A stretch of DNA of 64,000 bases, from assembly GCA_937925675.1 (NCBI GenBank), contig CALAME010000020.1:15289-79288 (forward strand), written 5' to 3'. Position numbers and translations under genes: made by a program. Below the pieces are notes generated by a model. That model had not been told where the DNA came from. It made no database searches and worked only from the letters and a program-made list of their open reading frames with translations. The DNA is from an uncultured Paenibacillaceae bacterium. GTDB lineage: Bacteria; Bacillota; Bacilli; Paenibacillales; CALAME01. Below are positions 48,501 through 57,807 of the stretch, one piece after another. Position 1 is the first letter of the stretch, and each line of letters opens with the position of its first letter.

Positions 48501-48965
48501 CATCTTTCTCAGGCGAGTCCAATCCGAGGAAGCTTTGGCTGGACTGACCGTCTCCACCCGTTTTTCAGCTTGCGTTTCAGCCTGCGCCGAAAACGGGGGC
48601 TTAACCAAGCTTTATGCAGAGGATGCGTGTCCGATTCCGAAAAAATGGCTTTACCCGAAACGTGATCCGAAGCAACAGCTAAAGCGGAGACACGCGAATA
48701 CACAATTCACTCCCTCCTCCCCGTTTGTTAGCACTCGTACAAAATGACTGCTAATAATTAAAATATAACATTGTGAATTTCTGATCAAGAGTCTTTGGTC
48801 TTCATATCCTCTTCATTTTTTGAATGAAATGGGCGAAAAGCTAGGTTTTTTCTATTGTTTCTTTCTATTTTCTCTTCTAGCTCTTTTTTTCTTATACTTG
48901 CTTTTTACTGCCATGAACGAGTCTGCGCTCGCCGTCTTTTTCCCCGCGCTCCTTTCCTTTTCTGC

Positions 48966-50354
48966 CTATTCTGAAGGCTGTGTCATCCGTTCCGGTTTAA
49001 CCCAATGTTCGAATTGCTGTTCGGTCAACAGCCCGCTTTTCAAAGCCGCCTCCTTCAAGGTAATCCCTTCCCGATGGGCCAACTGGGCGATCTGGGCGGC
49101 TTTCTCATACCCGATATGGGGCGCCAGTGCCGTAACGAGCATCAATGATTTCTCGACATTCTCCTTGATAGTGTCTCTGTTTGCTTCTATGCCGATGGCA
49201 CATTTGTCATTGAAAGACAGGATCGCATCGGACAAAAGATTGACCGATTGCAGGAAATTGTAGATGATCACCGGTTTGAACACATTGAGCTGGAAATTTC
49301 CCTGGCTGGCCGCCATGCTGATGGTCACATCGTTGCCCAGCACCTGACACACCACCATCGTCATCGCTTCGCACTGGGTCGGATTCACTTTCCCTGGCAT
49401 GATCGAACTGCCCGGTTCATTGGCCGGAATTGTAATCTCTCCGATGCCGGTACGCGGTCCGCTCGCCAGCCATCGGATGTCGTTGGCGATCTTCATCAGA
49501 TCACAAGCTAACGCCTTGATCGCGCCGTGGACATGGACGAGTTCATCATAGCTGGTGAGCGCATGGAACTTGTTTTTGGCGGTAACAAACGGTTTTCCGG
49601 TCATCTTGCTGATCTCGGCGGCAACCCTTTCCCCGAACTGGGGATGGGCATTGAGTCCGGTTCCGACTGCTGTGCCGCCGATCGCCAGTTCAGCAAGCGT
49701 GCCGGCGCTGTCCAAAATCATCTGTTCCGTTTTTTCCAGCATGCGCTCCCAGCCGCTGATTTCCTGGCCGAGGGTGAGCGGTGTCGCATCTTGTAAATGC
49801 GTGCGACCGATTTTGACAATGTCACGAAATTGCTCCGCTTTTTGTCGAAATGTCTGTTTCAGTGTTCTCACGGCGGGCAGCAACCGGTCGACTACGGCCA
49901 TATATGCAGCGATATGCATCGCGGTCGGAAAGGTGTCATTGGAACTTTGGGAACGGTTGACATCGTCGTTCGGATGTACCCGCACATGGCTGCCCCGTTG
50001 CTCCAAGAGCCAGTTGGCCCGGTTGGCAATGACTTCATTGACGTTCATGTTCGTCTGGGTACCGCTGCCTGTCTGCCAGACAAGCAACGGAAAATGTTCA
50101 TCCCAAACGCCATCGAGCACTTCCTCTGCCGCCTGTATGATCACATCGGCTTTTTCCGGTTCGAGCCGCCCCAGCTCCCTGTTGACGATGGCGGCGCTTT
50201 TTTTGATCATGGCAAAGGCATAGATGATTTCATGCGGCATCCGTTCGTCGCCGATCATAAAATTGTGACGGCTTCTTTCCGTTTGCGCCCCCCACCATTT
50301 GTCAGCAGGTACTTTGACTTCACCTAATGTATCTTTTTCGATGCGGTAATCCAT
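48966..50354 (-). CDS. fumC: Class II fumarate hydratase
   Basis: [16 protein letters not shown]... with signature [18 protein letters not shown] lies 8 nt before ATG at 50354. Confidence 0.95.
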   Translation of the reverse strand: MDYRIEKDTLGEVKVPADKWWGAQTERSRHNFMIGDERMPHEIIYAFAMIKKSAAIVNRELGRLEPEKADVIIQAAEEVLDGVWDEHFPLLVWQTGSGTQTNMNVNEVIANRANWLLEQRGSHVRVHPNDDVNRSQSSNDTFPTAMHIAAYMAVVDRLLPAVRTLKQTFRQKAEQFRDIVKIGRTHLQDATPLTLGQEISGWERMLEKTEQMILDSAGTLAELAIGGTAVGTGLNAHPQFGERVAAEISKMTGKPFVTAKNKFHALTSYDELVHVHGAIKALACDLMKIANDIRWLASGPRTGIGEITIPANEPGSSIMPGKVNPTQCEAMTMVVCQVLGNDVTISMAASQGNFQLNVFKPVIIYNFLQSVNLLSDAILSFNDKCAIGIEANRDTIKENVEKSLMLVTALAPHIGYEKAAQIAQLAHREGITLKEAALKSGLLTEQQFEHWVKPERMTQPSE

Positions 50355-50404
50355 GTGCGGTTCCTCCAAAGATTTTGTTACCGTTTAGTTACAGTTTGTC
50401 AGCA

Positions 50405-50710
50405 TTAACCGTATTTATACGTAATACCGTATCCCCCTTTCGGATAAACCCAATCGATATTGTCGGATGGACAGGCGATGCGGCACGTCCCGCACTCAAT
50501 GCAATTTTCGTATGCCACGGTGGTGATTTTGTCCTTCTTGTTCCATTCATAAACATCCGATGGACAGAAATAATTGCAGTCTTTCGTCGTGCATTGGAGA
50601 CACGTGTCATGATCTTTGATAATGAGGTGCGACTTGTCATCACATTTGTACCGGATCGTAAACAGCCGGTCTGTAATGGAACATGTTGTCATCCGTTCAT
50701 CGACCTCCAT
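50405..50710 (-). CDS. fixX: FixX-type ferredoxin-like protein
   Basis: 101 aa with CIECGTCRIACP and an upstream Cys cluster. It overlaps the 3' end of fixC. Confidence 0.8.
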   Translation of the reverse strand: MEVDERMTTCSITDRLFTIRYKCDDKSHLIIKDHDTCLQCTTKDCNYFCPSDVYEWNKKDKITTVAYENCIECGTCRIACPSDNIDWVYPKGGYGITYKYG

Positions 50711-51999
50711 CCCTTGTAACCGAGTTTGAACAGATTCATCGCACCGCCCGCCGCTTCTTTCAGTTTATTCATCGCCATTTTCTGTTTGTCTTTTTTCGGC
50801 ACCCCATCGACATAAAACATTTCGTATGCCGCCTCATTCAGCGCCCGGGGCAATTTCTCAAACAACAATGCCGGATCTTCTTCCAACAGCAACTGATGCA
50901 TGCCTTTATATTTCTTCATATCTTTATAAATGAAAGAATTGCGGATTTTTTCATCGTACGCTTTCAACGTTTCGGCGGAAAAATCTCCTTTTTCCTTCGC
51001 CTCAATCACCGCCTCCGCAGCCAGGCGTCCGGACGTCATCGCCAGATTCGTGCCTTCCCGGTGCACGAAATTGACCAACTGTGCCGCATCGCCGCATATA
51101 CACCAGCCGTCACCCGACAGGGGCGGAATCGAATGGAATCCGCCTTCCGGGATCAAATGTCCGGAATATTCGACCATTTCACCCCCCTGGATCAACTTGC
51201 GGATCATGGGATGCTGCTTGACGGCATCCAGCAATGCATAAGGTTTGATCCTCTTGTCGCGCAAATGATGGACCATCACGCCGATCCCCAAAGAAAGCGT
51301 ATCTCGGTTCGTATATAGAAAACCCATTCCTGCCATGCCAAGTGACGTTTCACCGATGAACTCGATCGTGACCCCTTCGTCCCCTTCGATATTGAACCGG
51401 TCTTCGATCTTCTCCCGCGGCAAGGCGATTACTTCCTTCACGGCGAGCGCCACTTCATCCGGACGCCATTCTTTATGAATGCCCATCTTTTTCCCCAACA
51501 GCGAGTTCACACCATCCGCAATAATGACGACGTCCGCGTACAGATCACCGTCATCACGGTCCGTCTTGACCCCAACGACTTTGTTTCCTTCACGGATCAC
51601 ATCGAGCGCGACCGTTTCATAGACCGGAATCGCTCCCGCCTGCACCGCCTTGTCGGCAAACCACTGGTCAAACTTTACGCGCAATCCGGTAAAACAGTTC
51701 GGAGGATCTTTATACGCTTCGTTGCGATGGCTGAAGGTCACCGCGGATTCCTTGCCCATCACCCAGATGCGTTGTTCAACGATTTTGCGTTCGATCGGTA
51801 CGCGCTTTTCTTTCCAAAACTCCGGCAGAAGCTCTTCGATCTGTTTGCGATACAGCACCCCTCCGAACAAATTTTTGGCGCCCGGAAATTCCCCCCGTTC
51901 CAACATGACGACAGACAGGCCGGCCCTGGCCAGCGTCAAGGCCGCCGCCGCTCCTGCCGGTCCGGCTCCGACAACAACAGCGTCAAATTTTTCTTCCAT
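50689..51999 (-). CDS. fixC: FixC-type FAD-dependent ETF-quinone oxidoreductase
   Basis: FAD-binding motif DAVVVGAGPAGAAAA; 436 aa. Confidence 0.85.
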   Translation of the reverse strand: MEEKFDAVVVGAGPAGAAAALTLARAGLSVVMLERGEFPGAKNLFGGVLYRKQIEELLPEFWKEKRVPIERKIVEQRIWVMGKESAVTFSHRNEAYKDPPNCFTGLRVKFDQWFADKAVQAGAIPVYETVALDVIREGNKVVGVKTDRDDGDLYADVVIIADGVNSLLGKKMGIHKEWRPDEVALAVKEVIALPREKIEDRFNIEGDEGVTIEFIGETSLGMAGMGFLYTNRDTLSLGIGVMVHHLRDKRIKPYALLDAVKQHPMIRKLIQGGEMVEYSGHLIPEGGFHSIPPLSGDGWCICGDAAQLVNFVHREGTNLAMTSGRLAAEAVIEAKEKGDFSAETLKAYDEKIRNSFIYKDMKKYKGMHQLLLEEDPALLFEKLPRALNEAAYEMFYVDGVPKKDKQKMAMNKLKEAAGGAMNLFKLGYKGWRSMNG

Positions 52000-52003
52000 A
52001 CCG

Positions 52004-53086
52004 TCACTCCTTCATCACACAGGCTTTTTGTTTCTTTACTTCTTCTATAAGTGCAGGAACGATCTCGAACAGATCGCCGACGAGCCCGTAATGCGCAAAG
52101 TTGAAAATGGGCGCGTCCTTGTCTTTGTTGATGGCGACAATCAGTTCTGAATTCATCATGCCGACCGTATGCTGTACGGCACCGGAAATCCCAACGGCAA
52201 TATACAGTTTCGGACGAACCGTATGCCCGGTCTGCCCCACCTGGTGTTCATGTCCGATCCAACCTGCATCGACAGCGGCACGGGAAGCACCGACGACACC
52301 GCCGAGCGCATCGGCCAGTTCCTTGAGCATCTTGAACGGTTCCGGCCCGCCAAGTCCGCGTCCGCCAGCGACGATGATGTCGGCCGATTCCAGATCAATC
52401 CGGTTCGTCTCGCGAATAAATTCGATTACACGGGCAGCGATCTCTTCTTCTTTCATTTGATTTTGGATTTCGATGATCTCACCTGAGCGGTTCGGATCAT
52501 ACGGAAGTGCCTTGAAGACGCCGGCGCGGGCGGTAGCCATCTGCGGCCGATATTGTTTGCACAAAATCGTGGCCATCATCTTTTCCGAAAAGGCCGGACG
52601 GCTGGCCAAAAGGAGACGGGACGGCGGCGGCTCCACATCCAGTTCCGTCGTATCGGCGGTCAGTCCGGTGGGAAGGTGGGTGGCGATTGCCCCGGCGAGA
52701 TCCCTTCCTGTGGCCGTTGCACCGAACAGCACGATCTCCGGTTTCACCTCTTCAATCAAGGAAAGCATGACGCGGCTGTAGGGACGGGTACGGTACAGGG
52801 TCAGCACCTCATCATCACACAAATAGGCGATATCAGCTCCATAGCCGATCGCTTCCCGGGCCAGGTGGTGCACTTGATAGCCGATCACGACCGCCATCAG
52901 CGGCACATCCAGTTTATCAGCCAGTTTCCGGCCTGCACCGAGCAACTGCCAAGATACCGGTTTGGCCACGCCTTCGCGCTGTTCGACGTACACCATCACC
53001 CCCCGGTACGCGGACCAATCGGGCATCGCCTCATCCTGGGCGGATTTCACCGGTCGCTTTTCGTTTTTTTCGGCTTGCCCGCTCAT
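52004..53086 (-). CDS. fixB: Electron transfer flavoprotein alpha subunit (FixB type)
   Basis: ETF alpha C-terminal FAD domain (PKLYIAVGISGAVQHTVGM). The ATG at 53084-53086 overlaps the fixA stop as ATGA. The track ORF extends to 53224. Confidence 0.85.
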   Translation of the reverse strand: MSGQAEKNEKRPVKSAQDEAMPDWSAYRGVMVYVEQREGVAKPVSWQLLGAGRKLADKLDVPLMAVVIGYQVHHLAREAIGYGADIAYLCDDEVLTLYRTRPYSRVMLSLIEEVKPEIVLFGATATGRDLAGAIATHLPTGLTADTTELDVEPPPSRLLLASRPAFSEKMMATILCKQYRPQMATARAGVFKALPYDPNRSGEIIEIQNQMKEEEIAARVIEFIRETNRIDLESADIIVAGGRGLGGPEPFKMLKELADALGGVVGASRAAVDAGWIGHEHQVGQTGHTVRPKLYIAVGISGAVQHTVGMMNSELIVAINKDKDAPIFNFAHYGLVGDLFEIVPALIEEVKKQKACVMKE

Positions 53087-53964
53087 TTTCCGGCCACCTC
53101 CTTCCAGCCTAGCTGCTCGGTCCTGCTGTCGCTCCAAAGTTTTTCGACCAGCTTTCGTGCCGCTGCTTGCGGTGTATCCGCCTCTAAAAATTCGCAATTG
53201 GCTTTTTTCAATTCCGGGATCCATGTCTTGCCGACGATGGTCGGCGAGCCTTTCAGCCCGATCTTGGTGCGGTCGATGTCCGGAAAGTCTTTCAAAGTCC
53301 AGACGATCGGCTTATACCGGAAACCGTGAATTACGCCCGGCAGCGATGCGCGCCTTACCTGGTTCAGTTCGGCCAGGGCCGTAATCAGCACCGGCATGCG
53401 CGTCTCCACCACTTCGATGCCATCTTCAAGCTTTCTTCGGACACGTACGATCCGCTTTACGGGGTCCACCTCTTCCACAGCACAGACATACGTCAGTTGT
53501 TCCAGATCGAGCCGGCACGCGATTCCGGGTCCAACTTGTCCCGTATCCCCGTCCAGCGTTTGCTTCCCGCAAAATACCATGTCGACAGGACCCCATTCGT
53601 CCGCGATTTTTGAAATGGCTTTTGCAAGGACATAGGATGTTGCCAGCGTATCCGCCCCGGCGAACCCCCTGTCTGTAACGAGGACCGCTTCATCCGCACC
53701 GAGCGATATACATTCTTTTAAACTTTTTTCGGCAGGCGGCGGCCCCATCGTCACGATGGTCACTCTGGCACCGAACCGGTCTTTCAAGCGCAGCGCTTCT
53801 TCCAGTCCATGCATGTCGTAAAAATTGACGATGCTGGGTACCCCTTGGCGAATCAGCGTGTTTGTGTTCGGATCGATACGGATTTCCCGGCTGTCCGGCA
53901 CCTGTTTGATACAAACGACGATATGCAGCGTGAATCCTCCTCTCCTATTTGTGAAATTTTGCAC
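53083..53964 (-). CDS. fixA: Electron transfer flavoprotein beta subunit (FixA type)
   Basis: HIVVCIKQVPDSREIRIDPNTNTLIRQG... The maximal ORF is given. The real start is probably at 53928 (see finding). Confidence 0.85.
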   Translation of the reverse strand: MQNFTNRRGGFTLHIVVCIKQVPDSREIRIDPNTNTLIRQGVPSIVNFYDMHGLEEALRLKDRFGARVTIVTMGPPPAEKSLKECISLGADEAVLVTDRGFAGADTLATSYVLAKAISKIADEWGPVDMVFCGKQTLDGDTGQVGPGIACRLDLEQLTYVCAVEEVDPVKRIVRVRRKLEDGIEVVETRMPVLITALAELNQVRRASLPGVIHGFRYKPIVWTLKDFPDIDRTKIGLKGSPTIVGKTWIPELKKANCEFLEADTPQAAARKLVEKLWSDSRTEQLGWKEVAGK

Positions 53965-54101
53965 AAGTTAGGGTGCGAAATATTTCTAATATATATACTA
54001 TTCTATATTTTCAGACAAATACCTGCAACAAGAAAAGAAAATTGCTGCAAAGTGAGATATAATATAAAAAGTTTTGTATCATCATTGAAGAGGCGGATGA
54101 C

Positions 54102-54818
54102 ATGCGCATACTGTATGAGGATAATCATGTGATCGTCGTGGAGAAACCTGTAAATGTACCTACCCAGGCGGACCGATCGCGCGATCCCGATATGGTAACC
54201 CTTTTGAAAAATGACCTGAAACATCGCTACAACAAGCCGGGCAACGTCTACCTCGGTCTCGTGCACCGACTTGATCGCCCCGTCGGTGGCGCGATGGTAT
54301 TTGCCAAAACATCAAAAGCCGCCTCGCGCCTTTCTGATGCTGTGCGGCGCAGGCGGCTCATCAAGCGTTATCTTGCCGTCGTCCATGGCAAACCTCCGCA
54401 AGAGAGCGGAACGCTGGAACATTATTTGCGAAAAGACAGACGCACCAACGAGGTCAGTGTCGTCCCGAGCCAAGCCAAGGATGCCAAACTCGCCATCCTG
54501 GATTATCGGCTGTTACGAACAGAAAGGAATCTGAGTCTTCTCTACGTACGGCTGATTACCGGAAGGCCACACCAGATCCGGGTGCAATTTGCCCATACGG
54601 GCTGTCCGCTGTATGGCGACCAGAAATACGGATCAGCCAAAAACCGTCCCGGCCAGCAGCTTGCACTCTGGTCATGCCAGATCGGTTTTCCGCATCCGAT
54701 CTCCGGCGAGATGATGACCTTCACATCGTTGCCGTCCGACCGGTATCCATGGAACATCTGGCCGGAACCGCTTCAATCGTTATGCGAAGAAGGGGAGGCC
54801 AATTTGCCGAACAGATAA
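54102..54818 (+). CDS. RluA-family pseudouridine synthase (no S4 domain)
   Basis: ILYEDNHVIVVEKP and the catalytic-Asp motif HRLDRPVGG. Confidence 0.85.
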   Translation: MRILYEDNHVIVVEKPVNVPTQADRSRDPDMVTLLKNDLKHRYNKPGNVYLGLVHRLDRPVGGAMVFAKTSKAASRLSDAVRRRRLIKRYLAVVHGKPPQESGTLEHYLRKDRRTNEVSVVPSQAKDAKLAILDYRLLRTERNLSLLYVRLITGRPHQIRVQFAHTGCPLYGDQKYGSAKNRPGQQLALWSCQIGFPHPISGEMMTFTSLPSDRYPWNIWPEPLQSLCEEGEANLPNR

Positions 54819-55198
54819 AGAAGCAGCCGCTGATTGTGAGCGGATATGGATGCGAGCGCCTCCTGGAAAAAACGCTCGCGGATGCTGATTCCGCGCTGCA
54901 ATGCACTTTTTCCTTTCGGCGTGAGGCGGATCCAGACGATGCGGCGATCATTTTCATCGCGCACCCTTTCGATGAGCCCGTTTTTGGCCATGCGATCCAA
55001 AAGCATGGTCACCGCCGCTGCACTCGTCTTCAGGTATGGCGAAAGATCAGACGGTTTTACCCGCTCCTTTCCGCTCACGAATTCCAGTACAACAAGCTGC
55101 CCTGCGGTCAGATGCGGTGCCAGTTCCCTTTCCATGTATTGTTCATATTCCCGGGAAAACTGGAAAAACAGGCGGCTGAATTGTTCGGCACGGCTCAT
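54773..55198 (-). CDS. MarR-family transcriptional regulator
   Basis: Winged-helix pattern (LTAGQLVVLEFV...VTMLLDRMAKNGLIERVRDENDRR). Start set to ATG at 55198 (SD GGGGGAGGA, 5-nt spacing). The track ORF starts at 55222. Confidence 0.8.
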   Translation of the reverse strand: MSRAEQFSRLFFQFSREYEQYMERELAPHLTAGQLVVLEFVSGKERVKPSDLSPYLKTSAAAVTMLLDRMAKNGLIERVRDENDRRIVWIRLTPKGKSALQRGISIRERFFQEALASISAHNQRLLLYLFGKLASPSSHND

Positions 55199-55237
55199 GA
55201 CACTCCTCCCCCTCTGAGCCATTCTTTGACCGATGTG

Positions 55238-55297
55238 GCGATTTTCCTCCCACTTGTGCGATCTTCATCCCACGTTAGCGATCATCTTCGATCTTAA
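55238..55297. repeat. Three tandem 20-bp direct repeats
   Basis: Units are gcgattttcctcccacttgt, gcgatcttcatcccacgtta and gcgatcatcttcgatcttaa, starting at 55238, 55258 and 55278. Unit 1 vs 2 matches 15/20; unit 2 vs 3 matches 12/20. They fill the parC-marR spacer. Confidence 0.75.
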
Positions 55298-55304
55298 AGC
55301 CGTT

Positions 55305-57800
55305 TTATTCTTCACCTTCCGCTGCTTCGCGCTCCGCAGATCCCGGCAATTCCGGCAACGGCCAGAAATCGACAAGTTCGTTGTCCTTTTTGGCCGGTAC
55401 CACTTGGCGCCCGGCCGCGCGCCGCTCTTCGCGCGGCACCTCAGCAAGCGGGACATGCGCATGCGTGCCATCGGACAGCACGCCGCAAAAAGTGACCGTT
55501 GGCTTGTCCGGTGCCAGAAGCGCTGCCCGAACCAGTCTGTCCCCATTGGAGCGGGTCCGCTTCCCACTTCGAAATTCAAAGGTTTGCAAACCTTTACCGC
55601 CGCGGCCTTGGGAAGTATATTCAAAAAGCGGAGTCCGCTTGGCATATCCCCGTTCGGAAATGACGACGAGCTCCTCATCCTCGCCCTGAACCATAAAGGC
55701 GCCGATCACTTCGTCTCCTTCGTTCAATTGGATGCCCCGCACACCCGCCGAGTTGCGTCCCATCGCATTCACGCTTGTTCCGGAAAAGCGGATGGACATT
55801 CCGGCGCGCGTGACCAAAAGCAGATCGTCTTGGGCGGGATCGTGCGACATCATCACCGTCACCACTTCGTCGTCATCGGCCAATTTGCAAGCCACAATAC
55901 CGGTGGAACGGTTCGTTTCGTAGGCTTTTAACTCGGTTCGTTTCACCTGGCCCTTTTTCGTCACAAAAATTAAAGAAGCCTGTTCACGGTCAAAATCATC
56001 GACGGGCACAACACTGACGATGCGATTTTCTTTCTGTACCGGCAGCACATTGACGAGGGCGGTACCCGCATCCTTCCATTTAAATTCGGGTATCTGGTAT
56101 ACCGGCAACATGAAGGACTGACCCGAAGCCGTAAACAAGAGCAGATTATGCAGCGTGTTCATTTCCAGCACATATTTCACGTAATCGCCCTCTTTCAGGG
56201 CAACGGACTGAAGATCGCCGCCGGAACGGGTAAACGACATATAGCTGCTGCGCTTGATATACCCTTCATTGGAGAGCGTGACCAGTACATCTTCCGGTGC
56301 GACCATCACTTCGAGATTGACTTTGATTTCTTCGACTTCGCTCTGGATTTGTGAACGGCGGTCGATTCCATATTTGTCCCGGATTTCTTTCAGTTCTTCG
56401 CTGATCACTTTTCTGAGTTCAACAGCGCTGTCCAAAATAGCCCTCAGCCGCGCAATCTTCTTTTTCAATTCTTCCTGCTCTTGCTTGAGCGATGTAATCT
56501 CCAGATTGGTCAGTCGATACAGTTGCAAGGTCAGGATTGCCTCTGCCTGGCGTTCCGTAAAATCGAACCGGTCGATCAAATTTTGCTGGGCATCCTGGCG
56601 GTTACTTGAAGCCTTGATCGTTTCGATCACTTCATCGAGCACATTGAGAGCTTTGACGAGACCTTCCAGCACATGTTCCCGGTCCTCCGCCTTTTTCAAA
56701 TCGTGCATCGTGCGGAGCGTGACCACTTCTTTCTGATGTTCGATATACGCTTCCAAAAGTGCCTTCAATCCGAGCTGGCGCGGTGCCTTGTTGACGATCG
56801 CCACCATGTTGAAGTGATAATTGACCTGCAGGTCGGTCCGTTTCAGCAAATAATTAAGAATGCCCTGCGCATCCGCATCCTTGCGCAACTCGATGACGAT
56901 GCGCAATCCGTCGCGGCCGCTTTCGTCGCGCACTTCTGCAATGCCGTCCACCTTTTTTTCGATCCGGATATTTTCGATCGCGGTAACCAGCTTTGATTTG
57001 ACGACCTGATACGGAAGCTCCGTGATGACGATCTGGCGTTTTCCGCCACGCAGTTCTTCAATTTCCGCTTTTGCTTTGATGACGATGCGGCCTTTGCCGG
57101 TCGCGTACGCTTCACGAATCCCGTCTTCTCCCATAATAATGCCACCGGTCGGAAAATCAGGACCTTTGATGATTTGCATCAGTTCATCGAGGGAGATCGC
57201 AGGGTTCTCCAGAATGGCCAGACACGCATCGATCACTTCCCGCAAATTGTGCGGCGGAATTTCGGTGGCAAAACCGGCGGAAATACCGCTCGTTCCGTTG
57301 ACGAGCAAGTTCGGAAAACGGGCAGGAAGCACCGCCGGCTCCTTGGTCGTGTTGTCAAAGTTGTCGCGGAAGGAGACCGTTTCCTTGTCAATATCGCGCA
57401 GCATTTCCATGGCGATCGGCGACAGCCGGGCTTCCGTGTAGCGCATCGCCGCCGGAGGATCGTCATCCAGGGATCCCCAGTTGCCGTGACCATCGATGAG
57501 CGTATGCGCCATCTTCCACGGTTGGGCCATACGTACCATCCCTTCATAAATGGAAGCATCGCCATGCGGATGGTAGTTGCCCATGACGTCACCGACCGTT
57601 TTCGCCGATTTGCGATACGGTTTGTCCGGTGTGTTGCCCGCTTCGTACATCGCATACAAAATGCGACGTTGCACCGGTTTCAACCCGTCGCGCACATCGG
57701 GAATGGCCCGGTCCTGGATTATATATTTCGAATAGCGCCCAAACCGGTCGCCAACAACTTCTTCCAAAAACGCAGGTATCCATTTTTCTTGTACGCCCAT
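55305..57800 (-). CDS. parC: DNA topoisomerase IV subunit A
   Basis: [30 protein letters not shown], with active-site Tyr in [10 protein letters not shown]. It is paired with parE, and synteny matches B. subtilis parEC. Confidence 0.9.
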   Translation of the reverse strand: MGVQEKWIPAFLEEVVGDRFGRYSKYIIQDRAIPDVRDGLKPVQRRILYAMYEAGNTPDKPYRKSAKTVGDVMGNYHPHGDASIYEGMVRMAQPWKMAHTLIDGHGNWGSLDDDPPAAMRYTEARLSPIAMEMLRDIDKETVSFRDNFDNTTKEPAVLPARFPNLLVNGTSGISAGFATEIPPHNLREVIDACLAILENPAISLDELMQIIKGPDFPTGGIIMGEDGIREAYATGKGRIVIKAKAEIEELRGGKRQIVITELPYQVVKSKLVTAIENIRIEKKVDGIAEVRDESGRDGLRIVIELRKDADAQGILNYLLKRTDLQVNYHFNMVAIVNKAPRQLGLKALLEAYIEHQKEVVTLRTMHDLKKAEDREHVLEGLVKALNVLDEVIETIKASSNRQDAQQNLIDRFDFTERQAEAILTLQLYRLTNLEITSLKQEQEELKKKIARLRAILDSAVELRKVISEELKEIRDKYGIDRRSQIQSEVEEIKVNLEVMVAPEDVLVTLSNEGYIKRSSYMSFTRSGGDLQSVALKEGDYVKYVLEMNTLHNLLLFTASGQSFMLPVYQIPEFKWKDAGTALVNVLPVQKENRIVSVVPVDDFDREQASLIFVTKKGQVKRTELKAYETNRSTGIVACKLADDDEVVTVMMSHDPAQDDLLLVTRAGMSIRFSGTSVNAMGRNSAGVRGIQLNEGDEVIGAFMVQGEDEELVVISERGYAKRTPLFEYTSQGRGGKGLQTFEFRSGKRTRSNGDRLVRAALLAPDKPTVTFCGVLSDGTHAHVPLAEVPREERRAAGRQVVPAKKDNELVDFWPLPELPGSAEREAAEGEE

Positions 57801-57807
57801 CTACGAT

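Noticed and set aside
48549-48565. T-box-like core (minus strand AAAAACGGGTGGAGACGG) in the glycosyl-cassette leader
   Set aside because: Only the GGGTGG part matches the T-box consensus. I could not identify a specifier loop, stem I features or an antiterminator/terminator alternation. The downstream genes are not amino-acid related. It is kept only as something for cmscan to test.
48450-48608. 53-codon N-terminal extension of the nucleotidyltransferase ORF in the track
   Set aside because: The conserved MKALLLAGGLGTRL N-terminus has its own strong SD at the internal ATG (48449). The extension contains FFFFLW, encoded by the U-tract of the leader hairpin. I treat it as non-coding leader.
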